Below are positions 11,479 to 25,395 of a stretch of DNA of 64,000 bases, in pieces. Source of the stretch: Octopus sinensis. Its lineage: Eukaryota. The stretch covers positions 21,328,001-21,392,000 of the forward strand of contig NC_043020.1 of NCBI RefSeq assembly GCF_006345805.1, given 5' to 3'. The notes beneath the pieces are model-generated. The model saw only the letters and a list, made by a program, of their open reading frames with translations. It had not been told where the DNA came from and searched no databases. The translations under genes were made by a program, and so were the position numbers. How positions within the stretch are numbered: position 1 is the first letter of the stretch; each line of letters begins with the position of its first letter.

Positions 11479-12060
11479 CTGACAAATGAAGACAAAGAAA
11501 AAAAACGAAGACATTACACACAAAACGCATATGACCTCATTACAACAATAAGTAGGGAGTTTAATTTGTAATTTGAGTATAGTAATTATGTAGATATCTT
11601 AAACTGATATCTGTTATATATGTGAAGATGGTAGAAGTGGTGATGGTCAGGATAGTGAAGGTGGGTGAATTGGTGACAGGTGTTGGTGTTTAGATCCAGG
11701 TCAGCCCCAACCATTCAGGCTTCTCATCAAAAGCATTCCAGCCATGGTCATCCCATCTAGTTTTCAACTATTGTGTACTCTAGATTATAATATCCAATAT
11801 GTCCCTTTTTAAAATGGAATGGTGTGATTAAAGGGAGATTTGGTTGCAGTCTCTATTGGGTTGAGTGACTACATGGAAGCTTGAGTAGCAAAGGAGATAA
11901 AGATGATAGAGGTTGTCAAAGTAATAGTAGTAGTGAATGTTGTGGAGGAGGAGGTGATGATGATAGAGGTGATGGAGGTAAGTAAAGATGGTGAAGGTGG
12001 CAGTGAAAGCGGTTCCCTTCATAGCAACAGTAAGTGAACCATCATGTGTTGTCAACATAC

Positions 12061-12146
12061 CATTTGTGTAACATGCAGATCATCAGGCATAGGGTTGTAG
12101 ACTTCTAGGTGAACTTCACAAACATCTCCAGCAACCCAACGGAAAT
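12061..12146 (-). CDS. TRAPPC9: TRAPPC9 exon (86 nt): [29 protein letters not shown]
   Basis: ttgcacag acceptor, gtatg donor; resembles [24 protein letters not shown]. Confidence 0.93.
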
Positions 12147-12769
12147 CTGTGCAAGAAATATAGTTCACACATATAAGTCTCTATAATAATTAAAGTACAC
12201 AGTGACACACACACACATGCACACATGCATGCACAAACACAGTGAGTATCTCAAGAAATCTATAATCAATACAATTTTGTGAAATTAATTTAACAAAATT
12301 GGTTATGTTTGACAAGATTTAGGGAACTTGTAGCCTTCTGAAAGAAGTATGTTTGAATACTTGAATATATTTTTCACAATTTTATCTAAAGCTTGCATTT
12401 TTTCCCCAACATATTGTGAGTTTTAGAAACATTTATTTATACTTCTTATCTACACTTGTAATTGCTAGTTTAAAGTAGCTACAGTTGTTTTTAAAATGCC
12501 GAAATTCAAATATGTTAACTAAAAGGCCTAAGACAGAAAGTACTTTTCTAAGAATATATGTTGTTCTGAAGTGGGAATATTTTTGCAGCATTTGCAGGTC
12601 AGCCCTAATGTCCAACTGTTCTAGTGGTATAACAGCTTTTTTGTGAACTAAACCTAGTGCACTGATGATAACTGGTACAACTTTTGCAATTGGGTATCCA
12701 CATACTCTTCACATTTTTAAATCTGGAGGAATTGCAAAGATTATTATGAGACATTCTCTCTCTTTTTAT

Positions 12770-13095
12770 ATGCTTCCCAACCACACAGTTCCAGGTTTAG
12801 TCCCACTGCATGGCACCTTGGGCTAGAGCCTTCTACTATAGTCTTGGGCTGACCAAAGCTTTGTGAGTAGATTTGGTAGACAAAAACTAAAAGAAGCCTC
12901 TCTATATGTGTGTGTGTGTGTGTCTTTGTTCCTACCACCACTGGATAAGTGGTGTTGATTTGCTTGCTTATGCTCACAAAACTTATCAGTTTGGCAAAAA
13001 GAGACCAATAGAATAAATGTACTATGGTCAATTAGTTTGATTAAAACCTTCAGGCTGGTGTCCCAGCATGGCCACAGTTTAATGACTGAAACAAA
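12770..13095 (-). mobile_element. tRNA-derived-like SINE, same family as 9925-10250
   Basis: Shares the cccactgcatggcaccttggg...ttgtgagtagatttggtagac motifs. Confidence 0.6.
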
Positions 13096-13639
13096 TAATA
13101 AAAAAATATAATGACATCTGGACTAGTGTTAAATTGTTCCATCTAGATGTCAAAATCCAACAGAAGATTTGGTTTATTCAGAGACATTTCTGCTACATGA
13201 TTGTACCACTTGCCTAAAGAGTTGTTTCTATATTTTTCACTCAGTGACCAGCGTAATTTTAGACAAACCTTATGATGTTGATTTGTATTCTTTTTGAGCT
13301 AATATTTTGTAACCTACTACAATACACTCAATATTTTTTTCCTCTTGTTGGTTACATTGGAGTGGAATAGATACCCTTGTTCAATGAACTAGTGTTTAGA
13401 GTTTCATCTTGAGCACCCATCAATACACTCTTTGTTTCCCCTCCATAAATCTCTACTGCAGAGCCATTCTCATGATGAGGAATGAGGATGAAGTTGTCTT
13501 TCATCCTTTTGAGGTTCAATAAAATAAATACCAGTCAAGTACTGGGGTTGATAAAATATTAGTTAAGTATTGGGGTTGATAAAAGCAACTAGCCTTCTCC
13601 TACAAAATTTCCGGTTGTGTATCTATAGAAGAAAGGATA

Positions 13640-14200
13640 ATTATTATTGTTATTATTGAGTGAGAGAGCAGTGCATGTCATCAAAGTGACAGCGGGGTAA
13701 AATATACAAAGCCCAGTATACCCATCATGACTACCCGTCTGATAAGGATACACCAGGCACATGCATCACAACCATATGTGCAAGACATGGTGATCTTATA
13801 TCAAGATAAACAGCACATGACCTTGCAAGTAGGGCCTATTTAGAATTTTCTTCAGGTTGAATAGCCCATTCCACTCAAAAGGTCCTTGGATAATTGTTGT
13901 TTAAGGATGAACAAAACACCCATGTTTCCAGAGGTGAATTATTCAAACTCCAAATAATTCCTCTCAACACATGGCTATGATGCTTCCCCACTACTTCTAC
14001 TCATGATCAGAGATGCAGATATCATCAGCCCCCAAGGGACATGCTCAACTAGTTATGGTCAAACAACTGACAAGCAAACCTGTGGTATTGAGCAGAATAT
14101 TTGCTATAGCCCATCTTTTATAGCAAGACAAAAGATGTAGATGATAACACTTCCAATCAGTTAGGATCAGAAGCCATGAGAACTAGTGCCTGGTATTGCA
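13640..14200 (+). repeat. Interspersed repeat of about 550 bp; second copy inverted at about 57095-57660
   Basis: gagtgagagagcagtgcatg...cctggtattgcatcagggcttt is the reverse complement of 57095-57660. Confidence 0.8.
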
Positions 14201-14864
14201 TCAGGGCTTTTTTCATGATGATGATGATGATGATAGTGATTATTATTATCATTATCTTTATCTTTATTATTATTATTTAAGGCAGGGAACTGGCAGAATT
14301 GTGAGTATGCTATTTATCCTAAATAGAAAGCCTTTAAGTGGCCTTTACTGCCCCATATATAACAAACTTAGCATTCTATCTGGCATCAGCAGTCTAATTG
14401 CTGTTCTTTCTTCACTCAGAACTCCCAAATAGTTTTGTGGTCACCAGGAGTTGAAGTCCATACAAATAACAAATTACCTCTACACTCATTAAGTGTCCAT
14501 ATTGTGCCACAAAAGTGATGACAAGCCTAGCGGTTTGTCAAAAGGCACTGATAGAATAAGTTTTAGGCTTACAAAGAATAGATCCTGTGGTCGATTTTTT
14601 TGACCAAAGGCAATGTTCCAGCATGGCTGCAGTCACATGAGTGGAACATGTAAAACAATAAAAAACTATGCCATTTTAATCCCAAGTAAGGCTGGGTATC
14701 TCTGCTACGATATAATATAAAGAATGTAAAGAAAGAGAGGAGGTATAAGATGAATATGTAGTTTGTAGCCTGATCCATTAAAGATGCTTTTTTATGAGCA
14801 GCACCGGATTATTTAAATTTATATACTGTGCATTAAATTTATATATATATATATATATATATAT

Positions 14865-17800
14865 CATCATCATCATTTAACATCTGCTTACCATGCTGGC
14901 ATGGGTTGGATGGTTTGACTGAGGACTGGCAAACCAGGAGGCTGCACTAGGCTTCAATCTGATCTGGCAAGGTTTCTACAGCTGGATGCCTTCCCTAATG
15001 TCAACCACTCCGAGAGTGCAGTGGGTGCCTTTTACATGCCACTAGCATGGGGGCCAGTTACAAGCACTGGCATCAACCATGCTTGAATGGTGCTTTTTAT
15101 GTGCTACCGGCACGGGAGCCAGTCAAGCGTTCACTAGCATCGGTAATGACTATGATTTTGCTTGACTCAAGTGGTCTTCTCAAGCACAGCATATTGCCCC
15201 ACAATGGAAGTGTACTTTTAAATGGGCCAGTTATGCGACACAAGCATCAACTGCATCTACAATCTCACTTGATTTGCCAGGTCTTCTCAATCCCAGCATA
15301 TCTCCAAAGGTCTCGGTCACTTGTCATTGCCTCTGTGCGGGCCAACGTTTGAAGGTCGTACTTCCCCACCTCATCCCATGTCTTCCTGGGTCTACCTCTT
15401 TCACAGGTTCCTACTACTGTTAGGGTGTGACATTTCTTCACACAACTGTCCTCATCCATACGTAACACATGACCATACCAGTGGCGGCGTCTCTCTTGCA
15501 CACCACATTTGATGCTTCTTATATCCAACTTTTCTCTCAGGATGCTTACACTTTGTTGTGTATTCACACTGACATCACACATCCAACAGAGCATACTAGC
15601 TTCATTTCTTTCAAGCTTACGCATGTCCTCAGCAGCCACAGCCCATGTTTCACTGCCATATAACATGGCTGTTCACACACATGCATCATACAATCTACCT
15701 TTTCCTCTGAGCGAGAGGCCCTTTGTTACCAGCAGAGGTAGGAGCTCTCTGAACTTTGTCCAGGCTATTCTTATTCTACCAGTTATGATCTCAGAGCATC
15801 CACCCCGCACTACTGACTTAGTCACCTAGGTAGCGGAAACTATCAGCTACTACTATTTTTTTCCCCTGGCATGTGATGGAATCTGTTTTCTGTACATCTT
15901 TGGTGTTTATTGCCCCTCTGCATTTGCTACACACAAAAGCCATTTTCCCTGTTAACCCTCCTTTGATATTGCTGCACCTCTTATGTGTCCATAGCTTATA
16001 CCGGGTACATCTTATGGAGTTTCTACTCATGCCTTTTCTACAGATTGAGCAGGGCCATGTACCTGAACAGATTTGTAATTTGTCTGCCTTCCTACTTACT
16101 AAGACTTTGGTTTTTGCTAGATTGAGTCTAAAGCCTTTCGATTCTAGACCTTGCTTCCATACCTGGGACTTCTCAAGTTCTGGTAGTGATTCAGCTATAA
16201 GAACAAAGTCATCAGTCTAGAGGAGCTCCCAGGGGCAGTCTGTCCTCTGTTACTGCCTGGAGGACTATCATGAATAAGAGGGGGCTGAGGACTGATCCTT
16301 GGTAAACCCTTACTTCTACCTGGAATTCTTCACTATACTCATTGCCAACTCTCACCTTACTGACAGCATTCCAGTACATGGCTTCGGCAGCTCTCACCAA
16401 CCACTCATCTATCCCTAGTTTCCACACTGACCACCAGATAAGGGATCAGGTGACCATGTCAAAGGCTTTCTCCATGTCAACGAAAGCCAAGTACAGAGGT
16501 TTATCTTTGGCTAAGAATTTCTCCTGCAACTGTCTTACCAGAAATATAACATCAGTGATGCTTCTCCCTGGCACAAACCCAAACTGCATCTTATCTAAAC
16601 TAACTCTCCCTAATTAGTTAGGCTATGAACCTCTCTGTGACTGTCATCACCTGATCCAACAATTCGATACCTCTGTAATTATTCCAATCTAATGCATCAC
16701 CTTTACCTTTCTAGCAGTTGACAATGGTGTTGTTACACCTGTAATTGGGCATGACTCCATGTATCACCTGGTTGACTATACAGGTAACTAGACTATAGCC
16801 TACACTGCCAGATATTCTAAATATCTCAGCAGTGATTCCTGATGGACCGGGGGCTTTCTCTGTCTTCATACTTTTAATTGCTTTATCTACTAAGGCGCTG
16901 TCAATTCAAATAGCTGGTCTCTGTTGGGTTGACATTTGACATACTCTCCCTCTCTCATTCATTCTTTTTATTTAGCAACCTTTCATAGTGGCATCTCCAA
17001 GTCACTCTCTTTGCAGCATCATTAAATGCAAATGAGCCATCATCCATGTGGAGACATTTCTCTCTTATGACATCACGATTCTCTCTCAGACACTGTCTTG
17101 CAATATGAAACACTTCAAGTCTCTAGTCCTGACAGTGTAGAACATTGGCAATTTTTTTCTTATCTGCTTCCCCTCTGGCTTAGCAAACCTGTCTCCTAGC
17201 TTTCCTTCTGGTGATCTGATACAGATTTCTGCTACCACCACACTTCCAGTCCTTCCATGCCTGCTTCTTTCTCCTAATGGTCCTGTCAACTACATTGTTC
17301 CATCACCATGTCACCTAAGGTTGAGAGGGAACTTTGCACCAGCCACAGATCTGGTCAGTAGCCCTCAACAGGTTGTTCCGTGGGAACCTTAAGTTGTCCT
17401 CCACGTTATGTGATGCTATATCCTCCTCTTTTTCATCGAAAGCTTCAAGTAATACATCTCTAAATCTCTGTACATTTAGAGGATCCTTAAGCTTCCAGAC
17501 CCTTCTTTTCCATGCTGGGCAGCCATTTAACCATGATCCTGAAGTCGCTAACTATTAACCTATGTTGTGGAGTGCACTCTTCAACTGAGAAAGGTTTGGC
17601 ATTTATAAGTAGTCAATCTAACTAGTGTGCCCACCAGACTGGTAGGTGAACAGGTGACTGGCAGGTTTCCTGAAATTAGTATTACAGCTCATAAGATCAT
17701 TTGCATCACAGGACTCCAGTAGCCTGGTTCCTTCCTCAGTATGAGAACCAAATCTGTTGCTACCATGTACCCCATGGAAGCTCCCTGGATGTCCAACATG

Positions 17801-18330
17801 ACCATTGAAGTCACCAGCCACAAAGAAGAGGTCCCTGTCATTCGTCGACAAAGCAGTCTGCAAGACAGTGTCATAAAATATGTCTTACTCTTCATCAGGT
17901 AGCCCTGGCTGAAGGGCATAAGCTGAGATAATTGTTGCTAATCCATGTTGCAGCACTAATCTAAGCTTAAGTATTCTATCACAGACTCTGACTACCTCGA
18001 TTACCTTATCAACCCATTTCTCTGCAAGGAGTATACCCACACCTCCAACCCCATTAGTGTTCCCTACACAGAAAATCTTATACCTGTGTTCTTTGACTGT
18101 GAGGAACCTAGCAGAACTTCCTCGAATCAGCACAAATCTACACGTCTCTGATCAAGCATCTCAACAATCTCACTAGACCTACCTGTCAATGTGCCAACAC
18201 TGAAGGTGTGGAAGGTGTGGGCCAGTAAGACCCTGGGATGGGGGACAGCAGCATTATGCATCTGAAAAAAAGCTTGCATTTGGTAGATCTTATAAACATA
18301 CAAATAGCCTTCAACCTTCATACACTACAC
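14865..18330 (-). mobile_element. Near full-length degenerate RTE-clade LINE
   Basis: EN motifs VGTLTGRS, VGILLAEKW, ISAYALQ and AGDFNGHVG; RT motifs NYRGI, KAFD and QGSVLSPLLF; MLYGSETW; (GAT)n tail at about 14870. Confidence 0.88.
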
Positions 18331-18697
18331 CATCATTTTATTTGCTACATAGTCACTACAATCAACAGGAAATAGAGACTAGATAAGGATGGAGGGGGAA
18401 GGGAGGTGGAAAGCATTCCATATAGTAAGCCATTAGAGGTGTTAAGGAGAACGACATCCAGTAGAGGTCAGAGAACAGAAACTTCCGGTACAGGTAGTGG
18501 GATACTCATTTATTTATTTGAGAAATTAAAAAAGTTAAAATTTTAATATACTGTAACACACAGTATAATGTCTTTTGTTCCCACCTCCTGATGTTATGTA
18601 ATTTTGTATTAAGCTTTTGTAACATCTTTTGGTATGTAAGAACTGGCATTGATGATAAAATACAAATTATAATTAAAATTATTATTATTTAACTTAC

Positions 18698-18858
18698 CCA
18701 CTTTACTGGGAACTTTCTCATCATAGATTACCTCACCAAAGGTTAGAGGTGTATAGATAAACAGACCGTGACAGTCAGATTTGGTACTGGTTACATTTGT
18801 ACTGGACGGCAGTTTAACTGGACAGCAGTGACCAGCAACATTAATGAGCTTAAAAGAC
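18698..18858 (-). CDS. TRAPPC9: TRAPPC9 exon (161 nt): SFKLINVAGHCCPVKLPSSTNVTSTKSDCHGLFIYTPLTFGEVIYDEKVPSKV
   Basis: tttcacag acceptor, gtaag donor, phase 2 to 1 fits both neighbours; FIYTP resembles the conserved PFIYSP. Confidence 0.87.
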
Positions 18859-20869
18859 CTGTGAAATAAAAAAACATTTTAAAGTGGATATGACAATGGA
18901 CCAAGATACCTAGCACCTTGCTATACTCAAAAAGACCCGTCCTCCACAAAAGAAATGTTAAGGCATTCACCCTGGTGAAGAGGATTGGCTTGCAAAAGTC
19001 CTATGCCAGTGACATAAAAGCACTCATGCCAGTGTCACATGAAAAGCACCCAGCACACTAAATTGGAACCTGGTGCAGTTCCCCAGCTTGCTCGCTCTGA
19101 TCAAACTGTTCAGCCAATGTCAGCAACGAAAACAGACATTAAAGGATGATGATGATACTTCATTTCAAAATCAGTAAACAGATAAATCTCAACAGATTAA
19201 GGTTAATGTAGCTATTATGAATAACATATTAAAAAAGTCCAATCAATGTGAGGTTGTGCCTAGGTGTTGAGGGAATAAAAGAACAAAGTCACACAAAGAG
19301 CTGCTATGTCCATGGTTTTTGCAGGGCTTTGTCCCATAGATTGGAGAGATTGATGCCCAGCTTGAACATTTGAAAGTCAGTGCCAGTAGGAAAAATATGT
19401 GAAGATGGAGGAAACCAAGGATTTGGTCCCAACAGACCGAGCTCCTCTAAAGGCGTGGCTTTCAAAGATTAGAAGGAGGTGTTAAACCAGATTGTATATG
19501 AGGTTTATGACATAAGCACCAGGTTAAATCATGCAATGTGTTCAAAAATCCAATGACCTGGTAGTGGTATTGGTGAGTATGTTAAATCTATGAAAAACAA
19601 AGTCGTAGTGTTAAACCAAGGAGCATGTTAAGCAATCAGAGATTTTTTTTATAACCATCATAAATAACAACAATAACAATTTAAGATAGGCACAAAAAAA
19701 CACACAGGGAAGTGGTTGGGTTTAGTTTGATGGTAATCTATTTCATTGACTCTGGAAAATGAAAGACAAAATTGATCTTGGTAGAATCTGAACTCAGAAT
19801 ATAAATAGCTGGAACAAATGTTTAAAGAATGTTTTATAATGACACACAATTCTTTTAAAATTTTCAATCACAGGATAAAGGCCAGAAATTTGAGAGGAAA
19901 GATTAACCAATTAAATCAATGCTAAAACTTGACTAATACTATATTTTGTCAATCTCTGAAGGATGCAGACATTAAGAAGGATCTGAGTAACCTTGAACAG
20001 GTATGTTCTTGTAAAAAATTATTTCAGTCATTTGTGTAAATTGTCTGATGAACTTTGAAAAGAAGGAAATTTTGTCCCTGAGGACAATAAAGGAAAAGAA
20101 ACTAAAAATGTTGATTTCCCATTCCTCTGAGCCAATGAGAAAGGGAACATTTTGGTTGAGAACATTTGCTTTGAAATACGAAAAGTCATTTTTATTTTTG
20201 TGACAAATGTTATGTGACAAACTTGTTGACACTGGGTTAAAAATAATAGTGGAAAATTTTCCTGAAATTCTAATACAACCGACCGTTTTTTCTCACACTG
20301 AATTTCTAACATACAGTCCACAGTGCACATTACACCAAAAACAATCATCTTATTTTATTGGCCAATATTTTAGGAGAATGTTTATGACAGTTTAAACTTA
20401 CCAGCATTACAAGAACTAACCCCATAGATAACAATGCCGTACTTGCCACAAACAAACATAATTCCCACAGTTCAACAAGTTCAAATTACTAATCCCCAGG
20501 TTGTTGAACTCTCCATTGGAAACTCTCCAGAGAAGTTTATATTTAATCAGTCAAAAATGCAAACACATTTAAAATTTTGCCTTGAGAACAATAAATTTGT
20601 TCTTTTCCTGAAAGTAAAAGTTTTCCAAATGCTAACAAAAACCAAAAAAGTTACTCACTTTTTATCACCCACCCAGAAGTGGATTACTCCTAGAAAGACA
20701 ACTAAAAGTTATGACTTCTCACATAAACATTCAAAACAATTTTTATCACCTGTTCCATGTTCCATGTTGTAAGTAAAAAATTCAACCAAAAATTTAAAGA
20801 TAGTTAGAAATCAACAAAAGTAAGACTGTGAAAAACACTTGCCCAAGAAAGTCCATCACACTAGAGAAT

Positions 20870-22990
20870 AAGTCATAAATTTATCTAAGCAAAAGCTTTC
20901 ACTGGACAATATCTCTCTCCCAGAGCTTAGACTGAGTTTCTGCCCAAGCACTAAGAATTTCTACAAAAATAAACTAACCCAAGGGCTATTTCAGTTTGTC
21001 TGCCAACACAAGCTGAAGAAATGTCTTTTTGAAAAAAATAATAACAAGGAGTCAGAAGTTTATTGAAAATGATGATGATTGAATCTGGCATAATTCGACT
21101 GAAATGAATTACTATTGGTATTTGGATAAAGTTCTGGATGGATGTTCGCAAACTCTGCTAGAATTTCTTGAACCTTGTCAGACAGGAATTTGGGAAAACT
21201 GTAAAAACAAGTAGGAAGAAGTCCTGGAATAACATCACAAATTCTCATCATTATGCACTCTGTCATAGACAAGGGTGAGTATATTTTGGCTTGTGAAGAA
21301 GTTTTAAGTGACAAAACTTCATTTGAAAACTTACTTGTTGATCCAAACCCCAATTATAGAGAGGAACTTGAAAATATAATTCTGGAAATGGAGGAAAACA
21401 ATTTCATAAATGAAACTGAATTGAGAATTTTATGGTCAGAACAAGGAACACCTGCATTTTATAGTCTCCCCCAAATTCACAAAAAGTTTGAAACATTCCT
21501 CCAATGTACCCAATTTGCAGCAGATATGAATGTTGTGCAGCCAAAATTTCAGAGTGGCTGGATGGCTTTCTACTCCCTGTAGCAAAAAGATCAAGTTACT
21601 ATGTTCAGGACACTTTTGATTTAATGTCCAAAATTAACTTTTCTAAGCACCAAAGTAATGGTAAAAACCGTTTTTTGGTAACCATAAATGTTTCTTCACT
21701 ATATCCTGATACTGACCACAATGATAGGATGGAAACATGCATGAATGCCTTTGAAAAACAGTCAAACAAAAGTATCACATGTAATTTTCACTGTAAGTTA
21801 TTGAAGTTTGTGTTACAAAGTAACACAGTAAAGTTTGGACAAAACTTTTACCACCAGACGAGGGATTGTGCCATGGGTACCCTCATGGCAGTTAATTTCA
21901 CTAATGTTTGCATGATGAAATTTGTGACACAGGTACTGAAGACGTTCAAATCTCTGCATGGTCATTAACCAATACTCTGGCTACAGTTCACTGATGACAC
22001 CTTTTTTTGTCTGGGAAGGATCACAGGACAGTTTAATTAGTTTCTTGCAGTTCTGAGATCATTAAGCTAAAAAGTATAGCTTTAACTCCAATATAAAATT
22101 TACGTTTAGATTTTCAAAAACTTGAAATTTTGGATATAAGTCAAGTTTTCTGGAGGCAGAATAGTGACAGAGTTATTTTGCAAGCCCACATCATCCCGCA
22201 TTTACCTCCACCTCCACTCCAATCATCCACATCACATAACTCGGTCAAATCCAAAATTCCAATTTTTGAGGATGAAATGGACTTGTACTGATATAGGGGA
22301 TTACTGGAAACATGCAAACGCTTTTACCATTATATCAAACGCGATTACAGTGAATCACGATTAAAGGAAATTGTAAATGACATAGCTAAGATTAGTAAGG
22401 AAGGTCAAACTTTCACACATAATTTTAGCAAACAAAGTAAAATATGTGATAGAATTCCTTTAGTGATTAACGGGCACTGAAATTTCGCTGGCATTTCAAA
22501 AGTATTACAAAAGTGTTACCAGCATATTGCAGAAAAATATCCTTGTTTCAAACAAATATTTTCTCCACCACCTATTGTAGCCTTTAGATGGAATAAGAAT
22601 ATAAGAGAAATATAAACCACTATCTGTAAATCCAAGAAAACTACCTTTGGAGTTTCTGAATGTTGTACCTTGAAAAACAGCCATAACAGAAGTAAGCCCT
22701 CTTGAAGGAAGGTGAGATATGTAAAGATTCCCATTTGGTGTACACAGTAGAATGCATCAAACACAACTTGATTTATGTTGGTTGTATAACAACAATTAAA
22801 CAAAAGATTCAATGGGGATAGGTTTGACGTCTGGCACAATAGCAGTAGTTCACCAAAATTTGCTGAACATTTTACATCAAGTAGCTGCAATTTTGAAAAA
22901 CACCTCAAAGTGCACATTCTCAGAAAATATTCTAAATCTACTATACTTTCAGTCCTAAGGACAATTATACTTGTGAATCACACCCTGGAG
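20870..22990 (+). mobile_element. Degenerate Penelope-like element (RT plus GIY-YIG)
   Basis: NLSKQKLSL..LSFCP, TPAFYSLPQIHK, INVSSLYP, AMGTLMAVNF, FTDD and HSNHPHH; GIY-YIG-like remnant at about 22730-22800. Confidence 0.8.
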
Positions 22991-23298
22991 GAATGAATAA
23001 AATGACTGGTGAATTTCATCACATGCACACAAATCTGTTTGACTAAATATATTTTCTTTCCTCTTTTCTTTCTTTTTTTTTTACCCATTTAAAAAATTGA
23101 AAACTGATGTTGTCATTCTATCAAATTGGAATGCAGGATTTCCGAGTTTATATTTTGAAATTCTATGTTTCTACAGTTGTTTTCATTTTACATTTTGCAC
23201 TTGAAGAAGACAGCCTGTTAAAATATTATTCAAACCATTAAATAAACAATCTATTACAAATCACATTGTGCTCTTCTTATTGTATAATAATAATATTA

Positions 23299-25395
23299 CT
23301 AGCTTGACCCGTGAAAAATTCACAGAAAACATAAAAAATGTAAGCATCTCTAAACAGTGTACTGGTACCATGAGAAATGTTTGTATATTATGACTGATTG
23401 TCTTTATGTTCTGAGTTCAAATTCTGCCAAGGTCAACATTGCCTTTCATCCTTTCAGGGTCAATAAATTAAGTACTAGTTGTGTACTATGGTCAATCTAA
23501 TCAACTGGCCCCCTCCCCACAAAAAATTCAGACCTAAAAAAGTATATTGTGACAGTTACAGACTATAGAAAGTAATGTAACACCAACGACTATATAATCC
23601 AACCAAAATATCTCAGTTACACAAACATAAATGGAATTACTATTTAACCTTCATACATATTCAAAGAACCTTCTTGGTTTAGTGGTACGGAACATTTTTC
23701 TGGTATTCTTTTATTCTTTTACTTGTTTTAGTCATTTGACATTGGCCACACTGGAGCACCATCCTTTAGTCAAAGAAAATGACCCCTGGACTTATTTCCT
23801 GTAAGCCTGGTGCTTATTCTATTAGTCTCTTTTGCTGAACAGCTAAATTACAGGGACGCAAACGCACCAACATCGGTTGTCAAGCAATGGTGGTTGGGGG
23901 ACAAACATCGACACAAACACAGACAAACATATATATATATGATGGGCTTGGAGGTAGTGGTGATGCTGGCTGGTGCAGTTTTGTGGTTTGTTGGTATGCC
24001 GAGAGAGATCCAGTGAGCCCCTAACTGGTTCCTTGATCTTAAAGGTGTAATGTGGATGTATAATGATGGAATGGTTGGTGGGGTGGTGATGCTAGCTGGT
24101 GCAGTGGTCTTCTTCACAATACTTCATGGTAGACAATATTTTGTGCATGTGTCACACCACGTTTTTGGCCTTGTCTGTTATCCCAATTGGGTGTCATAAC
24201 TCTTACTCTGATATTCTTCATAGCTCATACTCTTGAAAATGTGACATATAATTGGCCATGGTTGAGGCAATGTGTTCCAACTTTTTCAAATGTTTGCCCT
24301 TGAGCCTTATTAATTTTATTGAATATACAAGTCGAAGGGGAAACTGAAGTATTTGCATCATTTGGGCTAAGTTTAATTCTGGGAATTAGAACTGTTGGAG
24401 CCTGTTACCAAAGATGCCTCTACACAATGTTTATGAAGTCTTTGCACTTTCATGCGAGTTCCATTACATAATCCTTGACTGATCGAAAGATTTCTTAGCA
24501 GCATTACAATAGCCCCTACTTTTAAGTCGAGTAGATGAGGAGGCATACCAGATGGAGTGAGTGAGTTTATGAATTCAAATGAATCTGTGCTTAAGTATGT
24601 TTTAAGTGCCTCTGATATAATATTAAGAATTTTTTCATTTATTGCAAGACAGTCAGAATTTTTAGAAGATAAAATTACTCGTTTTTCCATTTCTTCCAGT
24701 ATGCAGTTGTTGAAAATTTCTGGGTGCAAATGTACGAATTGAAATGCAAAAGAACGAATTAATAAATGGATTTATGAATGAAAGTTTGGTAATTGTGTTT
24801 ATTTCCACCATGCGACACTTATTACTGCCAACATGTTTTAACTAACCTAAACTATACACACACACAAATACATTCAGATATATATGTCTCAAGTTGTAGC
24901 TGTAATTCAAAGGGGCCAACCTTATATATTATGTGAAGTTGAATCTCCCTGAGAAATACATTAATGTTATGCATGTCTGTGGAGTACTCAGCCATTTGTG
25001 AGTTAATTTTATCCTCATGTGGTAATGAAAAGTGAAATTGACAGCCAGTATTTGCTGTGTCTATATATGAACTTTTCTTTGGGTTTATGTATCTACTGTC
25101 TCTCTCACTTTCTCTCTTTCTCTTTCACTTCCTTTGTGTCCAGCTGCTCTCCTGCTTTTGATTTAATAATGTGTATATGTATCTATGTATCTACTTTTGT
25201 GATGTGATAAACATTTAAAAACACAAAACGAATGCTATCACCACTCACTGTCTCTTTCACTATCTCTATTTCTCTCTTACACCCTGTCTGAAACATTCAA
25301 AAACACCGTTATCACTTACTGTCTCTTTCACTCTCTCTCTTTCTCTCTTACTTCCTCTCTGTCCTCCTCTCTCTCATTTTGTCACTTCTTTGAAG
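23299..25395 (-). mobile_element. Helitron with PIF1-type helicase remnant
   Basis: PSGMPPHLLDLKVGAIVMLLRNLSISQGLCNGTR (ORF 24373..24729) and INKAQGQTFEKVG...HGQLYVTFSR (about 24230-24315). 3' hairpin plus CTAG|T at 23302-23299. Confidence 0.85.

Noticed and set aside
24230-24729. Host PIF1 helicase gene
   Set aside because: It is fragmentary, has no splice structure, and lies inside an element with a Helitron hairpin-CTAG end and a related non-coding copy.
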